Source: an uncultured delta proteobacterium | GTDB lineage: Bacteria > Desulfobacterota > Binatia > HRBIN30 > BPIQ01 | NCBI GenBank assembly: GCA_963761335.1 | Contig: CAVXGR010000007.1 | Location: 32,001 to 96,000 of the forward strand | DNA length: 64,000 nucleotides | Direction: 5' to 3' | Part shown: positions 62,360-64,000 of the stretch, in pieces | How the letters are laid out: the number at the start of each line of letters is the position of its first letter | How positions within the stretch are numbered: the stretch's first letter is position 1 | Made by a program: the position numbers and the translations under genes | Notes under the pieces: generated by a model | What the model saw: only the letters and a program-made list of their open reading frames with translations | Told to the model about the DNA's origin: nothing | The model's database searches: none

Positions 62360-63360
62360 GCCGCGCCGACCAGAAGAACCCCCCGGTTCTGCTGCGCATG
62401 ACGTCGCCGCTGCGCGACGATTTTCAGATCCCCTACCACGACTTCGGCAGCGCCGCGGCGGGCCCGACGGCGGTCTTCGTCGCCGGGCTCCACGGCGACG
62501 AGATCAACGGCACCTTCGTGCTGGCGCGGCTGGCGGCCTTCCTCGACACCCTGGACGAATTTTCGTCCGGGCCGCGGCTCCGCGGCCGCGTCGTGGTGGT
62601 GCCGGCGGTGAACGTCGTCGGCATGAACACGCGCAGCCGCCGCTGGCCATTCGACGGCACCGACATCAATCGCATGTTTCCCGGCTACGGCGCCGGGGAG
62701 ACCACCCAGCGGATCGCCAACGCCGTGCTGCAGCTGACCCGCGACGGCGACTACCGCATCGACATCCACAGCTCCAATCTCGATTTCGAGGAGCTGCCGC
62801 AGGTGCGCCTCTACGCGCCCACACCGGCGGAGCAGCAGAGCGCGCGCCTCTTCGGCCTGCCCGCGGTGGTCGAGCGGCCGATGAACACGATCTTCACGGC
62901 CACCATCGGCCACGCCTGGCGTGAGCTCGGCGGCCAGAACTTCGTCCTGCAGGCCGGCCTCGCCGGCCGCATCCATACGGGGCACTGCGAGCGACTCTTC
63001 CGCGCCGTCGTCGCCTTCCTGCAACGCGTGGAGATCCTGCGCGACGTGGAGCTCTCCGATGACGAGGACGTCCACTACTTCGGCGTGAAGCAGACCTTTC
63101 CGTTCATCTCCGACACCGCCGGCATCCTCATCTCGCCGCTCGACGTCGGGCGTTGGGTCACGCGCGGCGAGACCATCGGCCTGATCTACGATTCCTTCGA
63201 CGGGCAGCTGCGCGCCGAGGTGAAGAGCCCGGTCGCCGGCCTGCTCAGCGGCATTCGCCGCGCCCCGCTGCTCTTCGAGGGCGATCTCCTGGCCCGCGTG
63301 CAGACCCGCGAGCCGGTCGAGGAGGTCGCCGACACCTACCTCCACGGCCGCGGTCAGTGA
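62356..63360 (+). CDS. M14 succinylglutamate desuccinylase/aspartoacylase family hydrolase 2 (Gln at the predicted catalytic Glu)
   Basis: HGDE, INRMFPG, IDIH, FVLQAG. Confidence 0.88.
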   Translation: MSRADQKNPPVLLRMTSPLRDDFQIPYHDFGSAAAGPTAVFVAGLHGDEINGTFVLARLAAFLDTLDEFSSGPRLRGRVVVVPAVNVVGMNTRSRRWPFDGTDINRMFPGYGAGETTQRIANAVLQLTRDGDYRIDIHSSNLDFEELPQVRLYAPTPAEQQSARLFGLPAVVERPMNTIFTATIGHAWRELGGQNFVLQAGLAGRIHTGHCERLFRAVVAFLQRVEILRDVELSDDEDVHYFGVKQTFPFISDTAGILISPLDVGRWVTRGETIGLIYDSFDGQLRAEVKSPVAGLLSGIRRAPLLFEGDLLARVQTREPVEEVADTYLHGRGQ

Positions 63361-63377
63361 GTCGGGGAGAAGAGGAA

Positions 63378-63483
63378 AATGTAAAATGAAGAACCGGTGA
63401 GCGGTGATGGAGAACCGGAAAACGGTGGAGGGCGTCGGTTCTCCATTCTCCATCACCGGTCACCGGTTCTTCATTTTGCATTC
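63378..63483. repeat. Repeat family G inverted pair, possible terminator
   Basis: Arms homologous to 38376-38561; directly after the operon stop. Confidence 0.85.
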
Positions 63484-63535
63484 TCTTCCTCCGCCCCGCT
63501 TCTCCTTTCTCCCCCGCCGCAGTAGGATGCCGCTC

Positions 63536-64000
63536 ATGCCCGAGGCGCGACCGCTGAGCATTCCGGTGATCCTCGGCACCAGCCGCAAGGGGCGCCGCAG
63601 CGTGCACGCGGCGCGCTACATCCACGGCAAGCTCGGCGCGCGCCCCGGCATCACCTCGGCGCTGATCGACATCGCGGCGCTGCCACTGCCGGTGGACGAC
63701 GCCGGAGAGGGCATCAAGACCCCCCAGTTCGCCGATCAGATGGAGCGCGCCGACGCCGTGGTCATCGTCTCGCCGGAGTACAACCACAGCTTCCCCGGGC
63801 TCCTCAAGCACGCCCTCGACAGCTGCCTCAAAGAGTACGTGCACAAGGCCGCGGGAATCGTCGGCGTCTCCGCCGGCGTCTTCGGCGGCGCTCGCATGAT
63901 CGAGAACATGCTTCCCGTGCTGCGCGAGCTGGGACTGGTCACCATCTTCTGGGACCTCAACTTCGGCGGCGTCGGCCGCGTCTTCGATGCCTCGGGCGCC
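63536..64000 (+). CDS. NADPH-dependent FMN reductase (3'-truncated by window edge; absent from ORF track)
   Basis: PVILGTSRKGRRS, VSPEYNHSFPGLLKHALD, VGVSAGVFGGAR. Confidence 0.9.
   Translation, partial: MPEARPLSIPVILGTSRKGRRSVHAARYIHGKLGARPGITSALIDIAALPLPVDDAGEGIKTPQFADQMERADAVVIVSPEYNHSFPGLLKHALDSCLKEYVHKAAGIVGVSAGVFGGARMIENMLPVLRELGLVTIFWDLNFGGVGRVFDASGA

Overview
High-GC bacterial chromosomal window (gene content suggests a Deltaproteobacteria-like lineage such as Binatia; inference only) with about 47 protein-coding genes. They include split oxidative pentose-phosphate genes (rpiA-zwf-opcA ... pgl-glk), an STT3/PglB-type oligosaccharyltransferase converging on a predicted surface-anchored protein, several transporters (two ABC exporters, RND+MFP, Ca2+-type P-ATPase, CaCA, AGCS) and a circularly permuted ATP-grasp/alpha-E/transglutaminase operon with two tandem M14 hydrolases. 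Intergenic DNA is crowded with several REP/MITE-like repeat families. The main find is a complete 1.7-kb IS110/IS1111-type element (41147-42862) inserted in one REP-like palindrome. An uninterrupted copy of that palindrome lies at about 50.7 kb. The element's 3' non-coding end carries a predicted bridge RNA whose four guide segments can be read against the target and donor junctions, and the circle junction would form TTGACA-N17-TACCAT. A MITE with a 12-bp target duplication interrupts the signal peptide of a DUF3047 gene. No rRNA, tRNA or CRISPR array was seen. All calls come from reading motifs by eye; no searches were run.
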